Origin: Marsupella aquatica
Taxonomy: Eukaryota > Plantae > Marchantiophyta
DNA: 64,000 nt
NCBI GenBank assembly: GCA_973895155.1
Contig: OZ316896.1
Span: 1-64,000, forward strand
Reading direction: 5' to 3'
The notes below the pieces were generated by a model. It did no database searches, had not been told where the DNA came from, and saw only the letters and a program-made list of their open reading frames with translations. Positions 37,701 to 51,690 of this stretch are shown piece by piece. The position numbers and the translations under genes were made by a program. Within the stretch, counting starts at the first letter, position 1; every line of letters starts with the position of its first letter.

Positions 37701-40529
37701 GATGGTAATCCTTCGGCGCAGCCCACCTTTCTCTAGGAGCAGTTTAGCAGTTTGCTCAGTGTCCACTACAATATTATAAAATTTACTTCCTGTAATAACC
37801 TGTTCGCAAGATTTGTACTACCATTTCAGGCTCCTGATAGTGTCTCAAAGTTAAAATGTGAAGCCACACCATAGCAGTTTCATACAAAGAAATACAATAT
37901 GAATTCAACAACAAACATGGGAGTTGGGGATCACACACCTCAAGGGCAGTCATAGTAGAGGCATCATTCACCTGCACAAGGCGTGGTACTGGTCCTTTAA
38001 CCCGTGACTTCTCGAATCCCCTCTCAGGGTCATTGTATGAGAATTGAAGGCCCGAAAGTTCCCCCGTAAGATTGCTAACCTAAGTTGTCTTGAGTCCCTT
38101 TACCGTTTCAGCCTCGGTTCTCCGGCTCTGGAGTGCAATGTTCACGTCAATGTTTGTTAGGTTGTCGAGAATCGTCCAAGAGAACAGCAGCCTTCATTAA
38201 AGCTGAGAATGACTGCAATTCCAATTCGTGACTTGTTATTGCACCGTGTTCAGATAAGGGCAAAACAACAGGTTGACGAAGGACATAGAATACAACATAA
38301 TTAAGAGCAGATTTCCACGCCCAGCAGACGAGAACTGCACCTACACTTAACCCTTGTAGACATGCTAGAAGCCAGAAATTCACAGCAGAAACATGCGCAA
38401 GGTCATACAATTGGGCCACTACATTCCCCGCACACCTAAGAACAGGTCCTAATCAAAACAATGGGAGTTCACAACTGTGGGAGAACCTGTTCCAGGGAAT
38501 TCATTCGGTCCTCTTCGAATCCTAGTTTATTTATGGCATCTTGCAGCTTCTCCAATTCCGCCTTACGTGAGCGCAGCTCCTCCTGTGCAGCAGCTACTTC
38601 GTGTTGCTTGGAATTGAAATGCTGCTATTTCGCTTTCAGCTCTTTGTCGAGATGTTTGATCTTTGTTTTGCTCTGCTGCACCTCAGTCGGAGCTTTCCCT
38701 ACCGCAGCATTTGCATCATCTCGCTGGTCTGCCAGACTCTTTTGTTCAGCCCCACTAGCCTTCCCTGCTTGAATCCCCTGAACCAAACGAATTTCGACGA
38801 GCCACTGACTTTTCACCTGGACTCTGCTGAATGGACGAAATTTGAATCTTCAAAGTAAACCCTTCAGCTGGTGTACTGTTCTTAGACAAAAACATATTGC
38901 TATGAACATGCTAAAGTCAGCATCGATAGCAGATTATTACCAGTTTTATCAGTGTTGGCTCAATTCCTGTTTGCATCCTCAGAGTTCAAATAACTACCTG
39001 ATAATCTCGTTCAAGGTCTTCCAATGTCTTTGCCTGCTGCTCCACTTTCTCTTTCAGACCTGAAAATTCTTCCTCAGCTTGAAGTTCAGCAGCAGTTTTG
39101 GCGGCGATGACACCATCCAAATCCTTTACATTTCTTTGCAGCTGATAGATAACAGCCAGCAAATTGAGGTGAGTAAACAGGGGTACCTCCCATGATACGG
39201 CTCATGTACCAAAACCTGCCTGCTTTACAGTTTGGCGTCTGAGATTGGTTGCATACCTGCTCAGCGGTAGCTTTCTCGACGTCAAAAGACTCTTGTTTTG
39301 CATTGACAGCAGAGTCGACCTTCACAAGAGCTTATCCACCGCATCAGACAAACTTCTCATGTCACTATTCATCTGCTTCTCTTTGGCCTCAGTCAATGCA
39401 GCAACAGAAGCCTCGTTCTGGGCTATTTCTTCCTCTAATCTTACCGACGGCAGATAATTTAATAGCCTCAACCTTGTCTTGCATTTTGGCCTCCTCACCC
39501 GAAGAAGCTTCCTTCAACCTCCAGCCTCCGAAAAATCGAAAGCAATGCAGAATCTGTCGAGACGATCCACCACTGCATTGCCGGAAGTCCACTGCTGGTA
39601 CTGCGCTCGTTCTTTCCATAGCTTCTCGAGAGCTGGAAGGATGTTTTGACTCAAAAGGTTGTCAATTTCATCCACTTAATTTCGCCTGCTTTTTTTCCAG
39701 AGTCTTGAGAGCGTTCTCTTTTTTCGACTCGTACGTCTTAGTTCCAGCTGCCTCTTCTAGCATTGACAGAATCTCAGGCGGCTTCATGTTGAGTACTTTC
39801 GTGATACGACCTTGCATGATGAGAAAGTGAGGATTGTTGATATTCAGCTGTACGGAGTGGAAGAGATTTTGGACCTGGGTGGGCTGCCTTACGTGGCCAT
39901 TTATCCAGTACTTGTTCCGTCCACCAACGATAATCTACAGTATGACAAAAGACCATATAATCAGACAATGCCTGACCATGGAATACTGTGCGAATCGAAA
40001 TGTTCTCATGTTCTGTCTGCCACTCATTGGATCCGGTATCTCTCTTGGCTATTGATCATCAAAATATTTATTCACGAGGTGTGGGGAGCATCGGAAGAAA
40101 AGACTGACTGTTTCCAGGCCAACAGAGACGGGTGTCTCGGCAAGAGGGCCAACTTAATATCGGAAATTGAATGAAATGAAGTTCAGATAAATTCGTGAGG
40201 GGTAAACTTACCTGGCGAGTGACAGTAATCTCACTCGAGTCTTCATAGCCGATAGGACTTCGCTTACGGTTCGAATTGTCAAACAGAATTGAAACTGTTG
40301 CTTTTGTAATTCCCGCCTGCCCTTGCTTGTAAACCAGCTCTTGCAAGTTGCTTGCCCTAACTTGCTGCAAATTCGTAATTCCCAGCACGAAGCAAATAGA
40401 GTCCAAGATGTTCGACTTCCCTGATCCATTCAGCCCTGTTATTGCGTTGAATTGCTGATCAAAGCCGGAAACCACAGTCCTTTGAGCGTACGACTTGAAT
40501 CCGTCCAAGGTTATCTCCTTCACATACAT
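34787..40529 (-). pseudogene. SMC2: Condensin subunit SMC2, intron-containing, frameshifted, C-terminal ATPase head missing
   Basis: Exon 1 (40529-40212) reads [14 protein letters not shown]...[23 protein letters not shown] (Walker A) and ends at a GTAAG donor. Exon 2 reads IIVGGRNKY...[23 protein letters not shown]. Hinge exons read [29 protein letters not shown] (~37630-37775) and VTLQGDVFEPRGLLTGGSRR (~36600-36660). Later coiled-coil exons include RETRLKDVEKSIK and ARERLLMEREAA, running to 34787. Frameshifts include an extra TTAA in K|VDEI at ~39676 and others at ~39515, ~39445 and ~39325. No LSGGQ/Walker B exon is seen. Confidence 0.88.
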
Positions 40530-41384
40530 CGCGCCAGCGTCCCCTGGACGACGACAACCTCTGCGCCAGACACGGAGGTTTGATGGCCACCAACATCTCT
40601 ACATGATCTAAGGACATCCCGGTGCCTATCCTCGCAAGCTCACAATCCTTGTAGAATTCACAATCTGCTAAGAATTACTTGTCGTACTGGCTTCGGATTG
40701 CTCAATTGCTATAGTTGCTTCTCGGGGACTTGGTATCGAGCTTTGCGTAGCTACATGCTCACGAATCCGGTCATCCCTGTTAGGTTCGCGTTACCACTTT
40801 TACACGGCCTCTCGTCAAGTCCTTTGGGCACACAATTCCTAGTAAGGGCCCTACCTATATACGTATACTGGATGTTCTTCTGCGTTTCGACCTTACATTG
40901 CTGGGCAACTATACTTCTCACCTCTGAGCGCCCAAGGAAGCGGGACAGAATCTCTTTTTCAGCCCGGGATACTGTCCATCCTGGTTCAAGTCCTGCTCAT
41001 TTCTTGCATGACGTCTCCTGCTGCCTGAGCTCCTTTTATTTCCCGTCACAATCTACATCAATTTTGTTGCCACTTGCTCGTTACTTGCTTGTTGCCACTT
41101 GTCGTCAATTCTTCGTTTTGTATGCACGACACTTCAGTTGCAAAGGGTTCTTTCTTGGAGGGCGATAAACAAGAGCACTCGCGCCATAGTTTTTCAGAGG
41201 GCAATGTGCGGGTATGACGGTGGGTTGCTTTGGGGTTTGGATGGAAGATCTTCTCATACTTTTTCTTCTCAGAACTTGTAGTTTTGATTCTCAAGTTTTG
41301 ATGGCAAAGCTGGGATGATTCGTAAACGAGTCCAGCAGGAGGAATTTGATCCTGGAGAAGATACCGCTACTGCTATCAAATTCA

Positions 41385-41646
41385 GAACAAGAGTGTTATT
41401 ACTTGGACCAGCATGATTGCGGGATACGCTAGGAGTGATCATGTTCAATCTGCACTCGACATTTTCAATCTAATGCGCCAAGAAGGCGTGAAGCCAAATG
41501 AGATCACGTATCTGAGCATCCTGAATGCATGTGGCAGCCCATTAGCTCTAACATGCGGAAAATAAATTCATGAGCATGTTCGACAGGTCGGCTTTGAATC
41601 ATCCGTGCGTGTAGGGTCTGCTCTCGTACTGATGTACGCTAAATAG
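41385..41646 (+). pseudogene. PLS-class pentatricopeptide-repeat (PPR) gene fragment
   Basis: Translates to NKSVITWTSMIAGYA...MRQEGVKPNEITYLSILNACGSPLALTCGK*IHEHVRQVGFESSVRVGSALVLMYAK*. These are typical moss-style PLS PPR motifs with in-frame stops. Confidence 0.8.
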
Positions 41647-42120
41647 TTCGCATTTTGACCCGAAGCTGCCCTGACGAGATGTCAAGGTCTCTCTGGTTTG
41701 AGAGTCGAATGACGGATTGTGAATGAATGAGTTGACAAAGATCCACAAATGATTTTTGACCTGAAACGACTTCACCATCATGTGAGCCTTCCGAATCATA
41801 ATGAAGTCCTTCCAAAACATCAAACACATTAGTCTTCAGGATGTCAAAGTGTTCCCTGAAGAGCTTCTTGGCTTCCTCTTCAAATTTAGTTGCTGCAAAC
41901 TTCCGAGCGAGTTTGAGCATCTGCCGTACATTATCTACTCCTAATCGTCGGCAAAACTCAGTGTCGATGATTAATTATTTAGCATCTAGAACAAATTGGA
42001 AGGGATATCTAGTGAAGGCCGATCGCGATGTAGCAGTGATGACAAAACAACGTTGTAGGTCCTGTTTGGAGGCCAATTCAACGACGGTGGTTTGTATCAG
42101 CCCATCAAAAGTGGAATAAT
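41639..42120 (-). pseudogene. Possible decayed coding fragment of unknown gene
   Basis: Protein-like reading (…VDNVRQMLKLARKFAATKFEEEAKKLFREHFDILKTNVFDVLEG…) with an upstream stop. Family not recognised. Confidence 0.3.
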
Positions 42121-42386
42121 GATCAGCGGAGGTCAACTATTTTTGTAAATTTGTAGCGGGTCCTAGTACAGAACCATAGTACTGAAAGTTGCCCTTTCTT
42201 TTCCCGAGGGGACATTTATGGCAGGACGTGATTGTTTCTCACCTAGAGATAGCCGATGGCATCACAATCTCTCTGGTGCTCCAGCCAAGCACAGCTCCTT
42301 GTTCCCAGAGCTACTGTCCAGAGTGCTAACTTACGTAGTGGCAGTCCTAGTGTGAATCAAGCTTTATCAGGCCCCAATAAACCTGA

Positions 42387-42500
42387 CAGAGCGGCTACAT
42401 ACTGAGGCTTGATTCCAATCTTATCTGAGCATGCTTTGTCCCAGAGCGGCTACATACTGAGGCTTGATTCCAAGCTTATCTGAGCATGCTTTGTCCCAGA
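42387..42500. repeat. 55-bp tandem duplication
   Basis: CAGAGCGGCTACATACTGAGGCTTGATTCCAA(T/G)CTTATCTGAGCATGCTTTGTCC at 42387 and 42442. Confidence 0.9.
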
Positions 42501-44235
42501 TGGGAAGTCTGACCTCTGGGTCCCGCCCCGTAGCATCTGCTCGTCCCAGTTGTTTATCGAACTGTCCCCATCGCCCATTTGATCCCTAGGCTGTGTACAG
42601 CTGTAGCCCCTTTTCCTCCTTGCCCCCGCACTTCCGAATTGCAGCTTGAATGAATGTGCACTTTGTAGCCGACTGAGCAGCCAGGTGGATCAAATCAGCT
42701 TTAGTATTATGTCAGTCTTTTCCCTTTGGCCCAGTGTCCAAAGCTGCTGACATGGCTGTTCTAATCACATTGGCTTGCTACAACATTACTCCGACAGCAT
42801 CTACTCTTAGTGACCCAACAGCATCGCGATCCCTAACTACTCCGCCGAATTTTCCAAAGCTCAGCACAGTATTGACTTTACACGTGACCTCTTAAGCAAA
42901 CCATTCATTCCTGTAGACTCAAGCAAGCGATGCTCAGAGTCTCATCGCCTTTCGCAGATCATTGGGGGGCAACAGACCACCGGCAGCACTTGAGAGATAG
43001 AATGCATGTCGACGCGGGAGCTCAATCACCACTGAACAGCCCCGCCTGGCATAAGGTTTCTTTACTCTAAGTACACACCAAACGCTCGTCCGCCGCAATG
43101 ACATGAAAATCCCCCTCAAAACAAAATACATTGACGACATCACTGTTTTGAGAATACAAGGATTACAGCAGTGCAAATATTTCGTCCACTAGGATCTCCA
43201 CTTCTCCAGTCAATCAGTCCAAAGTAGGCGTTGAGATTCTCCGAATGATGAAACCTGTCCGGTAGAAGACTTTGGAACGCGCAACACTGCAACATGACCG
43301 AGTCACGTCAACGGTGCCCACATCTTGCGAACAACTCACTTTTGCATATTGTGTCGAGTTGCAAACGAACAAACCGGGATGCTGCTGTCATCTCTCGCTC
43401 TCTAGTCCCCACGGCCGATGTCGTCATTCTTTCTTGTGAGATGTTTGGTTTTTTCATTTTCAATACCTTTGCGGACCCACTTGTTAGTGAGCACATGGGT
43501 CCTATGTTTTGCAGGGCCACAGGGATCCGTGTGTTTGAAGGTTGAGCGAATTAGTGAAGCGGCATATTGGGTTTAGGGTTGCATTCTCTGGCTCGTGGGG
43601 TCCCGCCTTCATTTCTTCATCGTTTTGCTTCTCGTTGGACTATCGCAGCTTGAGTTTTTCAACTGGGCTTGTTACCAGTCTTGTCGTTTGAGCTTCATCG
43701 AGGAGTCTCTAACATGTGTACTTGTCACTCGTCTGGTTAGATCGACTTTGTATCGACTGCTGCTGCCAACAGATCCTTGTGGTGTTCTCCCTTCTCTATT
43801 TCGAATGTATCTTCTCTCCATATATAGTTAGATCTGATCGGTAATTAGCTATTGCATCTCTCAATTATTTTGCACTTTATTAACTCAGGGTGCAAACATG
43901 GGATCATTAATTTGGCACTGCGAATGTGTTGGAATATATATATTGCGCGTTGTTTTATGGGAGAAAGGTGCGAAAATAGTCCCAGCTAGATAATACACTT
44001 GACCTCCCGTGCAAATCTGATATTCAGGCCTGTGTTAAGTGCATAATTTCTTTTCGCTTCTAAACACTATTTTCGGTGCTTCATTCGTGCAAAAGAGAAA
44101 AGTTTTTGTTGTGATTATGTTGTGCCTCCCCCTAGAGTCCTGTGGGCAGGATATATAGAGATGGATACTCCGAGCTTGTATAGGAGGAGAGATTGATGGA
44201 CAATGGTTTAATTACCAAAGAGGCGATTTGATCGC

Positions 44236-44458
44236 ATGCACAAGTATGCAGAGAATGATGTCATTGTCCCGGCAAAGTTTAAAGAGTTTCTGAACGCAGA
44301 GCAAGGTGAAACCGAGGTTGGGTGATGCCGAGAAGATCATCAATGAGCAGATGGCTCACTAGAATACGATATTGATGAAAGCAAAGCACTCCTTCACATT
44401 GGATGCATTCCTCCAGTACCTTCTCGACCCGATTGTCAACATTGCTTACTTAAACAAG
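44236..44458 (+). pseudogene. Phosphoinositide phospholipase C (PI-PLC) N-terminal EF-hand exon remnant
   Basis: HKYAENDVIVPAKFKEFLNAEQGETEVG/DAEKIINEQMAH*...FTLDAFLQYLLDPIVNIAYLNK followed by a GTGAG donor. This resembles plant PI-PLC KYSENG..FL...Q...DA..II...LDAF.KYL just before VHHDM. It carries one frameshift and one stop, and no X/Y-domain exons were recognised. Confidence 0.65.
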
Positions 44459-45508
44459 GTGAGACAAAACTAGACGCGTCAATTTTTCCGTTTCTCATGT
44501 CTCGAGTAAGGCACGAATTAGAGTGGAGCCAATCCAGTACTTCACAGTGAATTCTAGCACACTATTGTGGCTGCGGTAGTCGGAAGATTGTATAAAGCTG
44601 TGAAGAGGGTCTATATATGGCGGATCTTTAGAGGTACGGATGGCTCATAGGCAGTTTTGTGACTTTCGTGGTCGGAAGCTGCCTTCAATCTGTCCCTAGA
44701 TAAGGCTGGGAAATTGGCATAGAGACCTTGCCATGTATGTTGTATGAGATTGTGGCCGTTTCAGCCAATTCTTTTGATGCTTCAATCAACCGAGTGGTTG
44801 TTGCACCTCACTGGTCACGTCAAGTGAACTACTGTACTAGCTACTGCGTTTATGTCCACTAAGGCCTCTGGTGGCTGGTCGAGTAGAACTCCCACACCAA
44901 TAATGAACCTGTTAGCCGAAGCCCGCCACAAAGTTGTTAGGGGATCGGGACCAAAAGGCTGAGGGCAGCGCCCTATTCTACCCAAAACGCCACTTTTGGA
45001 ACTTTTTTAAGTAGTACACATTGCGCCTGTTTTTTTCTCCACTTCCTGCTACAACTTTTTAGGTTTTGTGATTAGACTGCCTCGCCGCCATCAAAGCTTA
45101 ACATTGGGCCTTGTAGACTGTTCGAGACTGCCAGCTGATTTCTCCAAAGGGTCGCCGCTATAGCTTCTCCAAGAGAACGAATGCCACTGCAGCTTCCCCA
45201 GCAGAGGGTGGTCAAAAATCTGGATCACGTCCCATAGCCTGTCCACCTTGCTCCAAGCACTCATAGAGTCTTGAGTTTACGTTGTGTGCACATTGTGCTC
45301 CCCGTAAAATTTTGTCATTTCGCGCGCGCGGCAACTTGGACTTGGTTCCTCACAATCGCGCATGCGTGGAACTTGTGATTGCTCTGTTATAAAGACTTTC
45401 AACAAAGTTTAACTACAAAATCAATTACGTGTCCAAGTTCGTCTGTAACTGCGGGGCTATTGCCTTTACTTCCCACAATACCGTGATCTCCTTGTTAATC
45501 TTAACAAG

Positions 45509-45575
45509 AGCATCTACACATCTCTTAGCATGTACCCAACTCTTAGCATCTACATAACTCTTAGCATCTACGCAA
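45509..45575. repeat. 18-bp minisatellite (~4 units)
   Basis: GCAT(C/G)TAC...A(T/A)CTCTTA repeated. Confidence 0.75.
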
Positions 45576-46358
45576 GTCTTCGTTTCCATTGGCAACCATT
45601 TCCACTGTGCAACGACCTGCCGAGCAGTACCTCCAGGAATTTGGTATAACAATTGTAAGAGAAGGCCAGACATCATAGCCCCTTGAGTGTGCACCTCGGG
45701 ATCTCCTGGGGGGACATCCATAGAAGGAGATCCTTCTTTCAATTGGAGAAGAGGGCGTTGAGTGCGGTTCTCGTTGATCCCTTCCCTTCACTGGGGCGAA
45801 CGGATGAGGGTCTCTACGACAACTCAATGCAGTTCTAAAGATTGTCGACAACCCAACAATTGAAAGAGGAATAGAATCTTGATCTGTGGGAATGAGCCCG
45901 TCCTTCCAACTTCTTGACATGCCTGGCCAAAGAGCTTGATCGATTAACAGAGTCACTGGCCTGCTATATATCAAAACCTTTCATGGTAGTGATTGTCATT
46001 CAATCCAGGCATTCATCCAGAGCTAGAGACCTTGCAGTGGGCACTACTAGTACATAGTTGGACAGCTACAAGATACGGATGTTACATGCTGTTGCTTGAG
46101 CATTTAGACAGTGTTTGGTCACTTTAGTCTCTAGAAGATATGAATGGTCTTGTTGCTCGCAGAAAATCTAGTCTCTACTTTAGATAGTGATAATACCTAG
46201 GTTAGCATGTTCTAAGTTCTTTGTAGTTATTGGCGGCTTGATCAGGAATTTTCGATAGTGATAATACCTAGGTTAGCATAATTTCTGAATCTTTGTAGTT
46301 ATTCGGAACTCAGGAATGTTGGCTCAGTCTTTGGTCTTCAAATGGTATTTCTCTGGTT

Positions 46359-46512
46359 TTCTCCCCTTTTGTGTGTCTCATTTAGTTGAGATCCTCTGTC
46401 TCTTCTCCCCTCTTGTGTGTCTCATTTAGTTGAGATCCTGTATCAGCTTCTCCCCGTTTTGGGGGGTCATGTAATTGGGATCCTGTCCCTTCTCCCCTTT
46501 ATTGGGTCTCAT
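46359..46512. repeat. ~44-bp diverged tandem repeat
   Basis: TTCTCCCC...GTGTGTCTCATTTAGTTGAGATCCT-type units, 3-4 copies. Confidence 0.7.
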
Positions 46513-46810
46513 CCACAGATTTGGCTCATTTTGTTCTTTGGTAGAGTGATTCATTTCCATTTGGACCCTCATTAGATGTATGTAAGCTAACGGAACATAT
46601 TAAACAAATGGGACCTGCCTGTGGGCAAAAACCTATTGGGACCACATGTGAACCTTGTCCTCTATCTAGTACCCATTGTTGCTTCTTTCTTGCAGTTATT
46701 TTTCATCATTTTGTTACTGATAACAATTAATAAATTGAGCTCAAAATAATTGATTTAATTAACCTTTGCTGTGTTTGCATTTCCTTTCTAAATCACTTAA
46801 GCTGAGGGTA

Positions 46811-47220
46811 AAGTTTAGGGTTTAGGGTTTAGTTTATCTCTATAATTTGCTTTACTCCATTGTACTTTGTTTGGCCTTTTTCAGGAAATTGGTCCTTAGT
46901 TTTCTTAAATGTACTTCTTCCTCGTTTTCTATTTTAGTAAGGTCTCAATGTGGGGAGAGTTTTGTAGATCAATGAACTTAGAAAGTTTGTCTCTGCTTTG
47001 GAGCAATGTCGGCTTAATTTACAGCAGGGGAGTGTGAGTTCTTTGACAGTACTGGTCTAAGTATCCTAAATGTTAGATTCCCCTCAACAGACCCTACATG
47101 TGATCACACATTGAGACTTCACCCCTGGCTGCCTCTCACCAATATGTGCAACGTGCACTATATATATAAATTAACACACTTAGAATCAACTACTGTAGAA
47201 AGTTTAGGGTTTAGGGTTTA
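46811..47220 (-). repeat. Two short interstitial telomere-like boxes
   Basis: AAGTTTAGGGTTTAGGGTTTA at ~46811 and ~47200. Confidence 0.7.
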
Positions 47221-49573
47221 CTAATGATTTCTTATTAATTTCTTCTAGTGATGCCCATCTTGCAGTCTTATGTAAACTGTCAGTGAAATAAGTGTCACTC
47301 CCCCTATAAAAGAGGGGAGTAAGCCCATTCCCTTCAATTATCTGAGCTTTGCCTAAATACACACATTGCACTCACCCATGGTGGAATGTAAGTTTATGGC
47401 ATTCAAAGTCCAAACTCCAGTTTGACTGCAACCAGCTAAATTGTAGGGTGGACTCCCTTGCCAATTAACTGCTGAACTTATTGTTGTTAGTTTAGCAAAT
47501 GAGTAGCTAAACTATTCACTTAGTTTTCTCACTTTGATATCTTTTCCTCACTTTTACTCTTTCTCTCTCCTTGGTATGTTTTCTCATGTCAACATCTTTT
47601 GTTCAACGCACGGGCATTGGTCTAGTTATAGATATGAATACTCCCTCAAATGCATAGCACAACAGAGTGCCCCAAAAGTGCAGAGATTTTGGTACTCTGG
47701 AGCTAGTCTGGATCTAGATATATCCTAATAACAAGGAACTGGCACTCCAGCTTGCTTTGATGAAAAAAGTCACAATGCCATTACCTTCTTATAAATTTAC
47801 CCTTGTACATTTTATGGTTCAGATTGTTGAACGATTCAAAGTGTAAGCTCATATGGGATCCCATCCGGGTCCCATGCATCTAATCATTAAACTGTTAAAC
47901 CCTTTCAAGGTATTATAAACACTTAATGAACACTCAACTATTATTTGATTCCTAACCATAACAATCTTTATGGTGCAACCTCTCGCCAAGTAATGAGTAT
48001 CCACTGATTCCACCAGGCTACAAGTAGTCAATTCAGATTGGCGGCAGAAGAATAATCATTTTGCCTTGAGTAACTCTGAAGTGTGATTCATTTATGCCTG
48101 GTTTGGCCTTGATTTGTCATCTGTCACACCTGGTCATCCCGCCCCTATCCTGACACCGTCCCAACCTCATCCCAACCCTATCCCAACCCCACCCGGTCCC
48201 AACCACACCCCGTAGGGCAACACGTAAACTTGCCCGTTAACTCAAACCGGGCATTTATCCCACACAAAGATCATCCAACCCCAGGGGCAGGTGAATAATC
48301 ATTATGCATGGAGTAACTCTGGAATGTGACTCATTTCTGCCAAGGGAAGATCATCCAAACCCAAGGGAATGCAGCACATTGAACATGGTCAGAACATTGA
48401 ACTACACAAACAAGGAGGGAGCTCGACCTGTACTTGCTCTAGGTTGGTCTCCTAGTGGTGTTGGCTATGCTGATGAGGAAGAAGCCTGAAGCACTTGTTG
48501 CTGCAAGCTGCCTCTCTCCGGCCACAATTCCAGGATCCTGAAAATTAAGCTTCACACCCTGACTTGGGCGTATGCCCAGGTTGACATTTTCCCTCCCTAT
48601 CATTCTTATTGTTCGGAGAACATGATTGACAGTGAGTTTTGAAGTAAATTCTGGTGTATTATCCTTTTCCTTTTAATTAGTAGATATTTAAAAAGCAGAA
48701 GGGTTTGCAGAATTTATCACAAAGGACATGGTTACATTTCATTATATTGAGTTTATGATGGTTTTATTACATTTTGCTTTGAACTTTTTATTGAATACTC
48801 CACGTTTCTCAGATTGCACAAGGGGATCTGGTTGTTGGGATGACTTTGTGAGTGCAAAATCTACTTCCTTTAGTAGTTGGGAAGCTATCGGCCCTCTTTC
48901 ACAAGATATTGCCTTACACGTCATTCAAAAGTAAGTTGGCTTCAAGCACTATTGTTGCCAATGATATGAAGCTCTACATGCACTTGGACAAATGAGTTTC
49001 AGTTTCAGGTTTCTTGTCATTGTTTTTGGTCATCCTCAAGACACTAAATCCTTTTAGTGTTCTGTGCAGTGTCATTCATGCCAACATTGTACAAATATTG
49101 AGGCGAGACCAAGGAAAGAACTGTACACTCCTTGGGACAAATCAATAGTAGATTTATGAAGGTGAGTACCTCAACATCAAAATTCCCCCTTTCTCCCCAC
49201 CTACATGTTGAATTATTCATAAATCTAATGATAAAAATTACAACTTACGGCATTTCGGTACTCAGATCTGAAATGGTTCGTGTACTATTTGACCGGAATT
49301 GTAATATTTACTGAATTGGAATTAGAATAAACAAATTCAGTGGATTTGTTTGCTATAGTGTGGGAAAATCTAAAAAAATTGAACACCATAAAATTAAAGT
49401 TTACACTTTATTGGATTCTTTGTTATAAAAACATTCTTGAACTGTTTGTTAGAAAAGTTCTTAAACTAAAGTCCTCAAGGTTTTGAAGGACAGTATTTTT
49501 GAATGGCTATGATCACAGATCTCACCTTTTGGACGTGGTTACAATTATCCCTATTTTCATTGCTCCCCATGTG

Positions 49574-50060
49574 AATGAGGGTACTTTTATCTCCTGAGGG
49601 TACCCTTGTGCATGAGGGTACTCTTATCAGTGAGGGTACTCTTATCAATGTGGTACATTTATCAACGATGGTACTTAATTAGATCAATGAGGGTACCCTT
49701 ATCAATGAGGGTACTCTTATCTCCTGAGGGTACCCTTGTGCTTGAGGGTACTCTTATCAACGAGGGTACTCTTATCAGCGAGGGACTCTTATCAGCGAGG
49801 GTACTCTTATCAATGGGTACGCTTATCAACAATGGTACTTTGATCAGTGAGGGTACCCTTATCAATGAGGGTACTCTTATCTCCTGAGGGTACCCTTGCG
49901 TATGAGGGTACTCTTAAGTATCAATGAGGGTACACTTATCAACAATGGTACTTTGATAATGAGGGTACCCTTATCAGTGAGGGTACTCTTATCTCCTAAG
50001 GGTATCCTTGTGTTGGGCCTTGTCCATGAGGGTACTCTTATTAATGAGGGTACTTTTATT
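49574..50060. repeat. 18-19-bp minisatellite
   Basis: About 25 copies of GAGGGTAC(T/C)CTTATCAAT-type units with periodic CTCCTGAGGGTACCCTTG variants. Confidence 0.9.
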
Positions 50061-51221
50061 AGTCATAGCAAGCAACAAAGCGGGCAGGGACCCCATGAAG
50101 GCGCCCTGCGCCGGTAGAAGGACTCCAAACGTACTGAAAAGACCCTAAACCTCACCGGACCAGCATTTTGGGTATTGCAGGGACAAATACCAGCCAAAGT
50201 ACATGCCTGAATTTACCTGCTCTATATTGGTTCCCTAAACCAGAGGTGATTTTTTTCATCAAATCCATACATTGTATCCTAGTTTTTTTCGCACATGATG
50301 TACAAACCTACATAATGTGAAAGTGGGGGAGAAGAAAAACAGCAAAAACCAAAGCAAGCAAAAAAAAATTCAGCTTTTTCCAGGAAGAAAAAAAAACTTC
50401 ACCGTCAGGGGGGAAGGAAAAAAAAACTCCAGCTTCAGGCGCTAGGGAAAAAAACTTGAGGAAGGGCAGGGAAGGAAAAACAATTTGAGCTTCAGGAAAG
50501 GGAAACTTTAAGATTTTAGACGATAGGAAAACTTCAGGTAAGAGTCAAATGTTTTTTTGTAGTATTTGTAAATTAGAGTCAGGAGTTTTGAACTATCTAT
50601 TCTCTTCGGTGAATTTGTTTTGGCTACCTTGTTCTCTAGAAAGGCAAGCATTGTGCATCGGTTGAAGTGCAAAGAAGATAGGACGGTATTTTCTTTCCTG
50701 GGTATCGATCAATAGACACGTTATTTAAATATGGGGTACCATTTATTCTAGTAAACAATTCTCTCATTACATTCAATATAAATGGACCCTAAACTCCCCC
50801 TGCCCCATTCTGGTCTGGTCTAGTTTTACTCCTCGACACCTCCGTATCTATTTCATACTCAGATTATACATTTTCATTTTTACCATCAACCCTAGATTTT
50901 CAGAACCTAGAAGCGACGTGTGAGCCGCACTTCACACAAATCAAAATTTATTTTCCCCAGTCCCACATGACCTGCCAATTTTCCCTCACACTGGACACTT
51001 ACATCTAGATAAAAAAACACTACTCAAATGGATGGCTGTATGACATAACAAATGTGTTGTACAACACCTCATTTGTGGCCGAAAACTCATTTGTGGCCGA
51101 AGACTGTTGGTGTAACAAACAATCTTCCTACTTTACCTGACCTGCATGATTACATCATTTCGTCACGTTTATAGTCTTGTGTCCATGTATGTAAAACCCC
51201 ACATTTTTACAGCCCAGCTTA

Positions 51222-51690
51222 GTACATTCCTTAATACATTCATTTGTACTTTAATTATGATTATTAGATTACCCCGGCATTTGCTTCGTATCTATGTGTA
51301 GGATTACCCCAGCTTTGTATCCATGGGTGTGGCCAATTTCCAAACATTAACCTTACTAGTACTTTATTGATTATAAGATTACCCCGGCTTTTGTATTCAT
51401 GTGTATGGCACAAATCCTAAACATTAATTAATGTATATTTATTGATGGATAAGATTACCCCAACTTTCGTATCCGTGTGTATGGCACAATATCCTAAGAT
51501 TAACTTGTCTAGTACATTGCTTTGTGATTGGATTACCCCGAGGTTCGGATGTATTCCTAACATTAACCTTAGTTGTACATTACTCGATTATTAGATTACC
51601 CTAGCTTGTGCATGATATCCACGTATATGGCCCAATTTCCTAAATAATATGAACCATAATACCGCATTACATGACCTCAACTTTTGTATC
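51222..51690. repeat. Diverged ~70-80-bp tandem repeat
   Basis: GATTACCC cores at ~51267, 51302, 51378, 51453, 51531 and 51594, with similar TACATT...TTATT and GTATCC.TGTGTATGGC flanks. Confidence 0.7.

Noticed and set aside
38461-41168. Plus-strand ORFs of 70-190 aa over and next to SMC2
   Set aside because: These are antisense shadows of SMC2 exons or lack any recognisable protein features.
49606-50117. ORFs with repeated EGTLIN / MRVLLS peptides
   Set aside because: These are translations of the 18-bp minisatellite.
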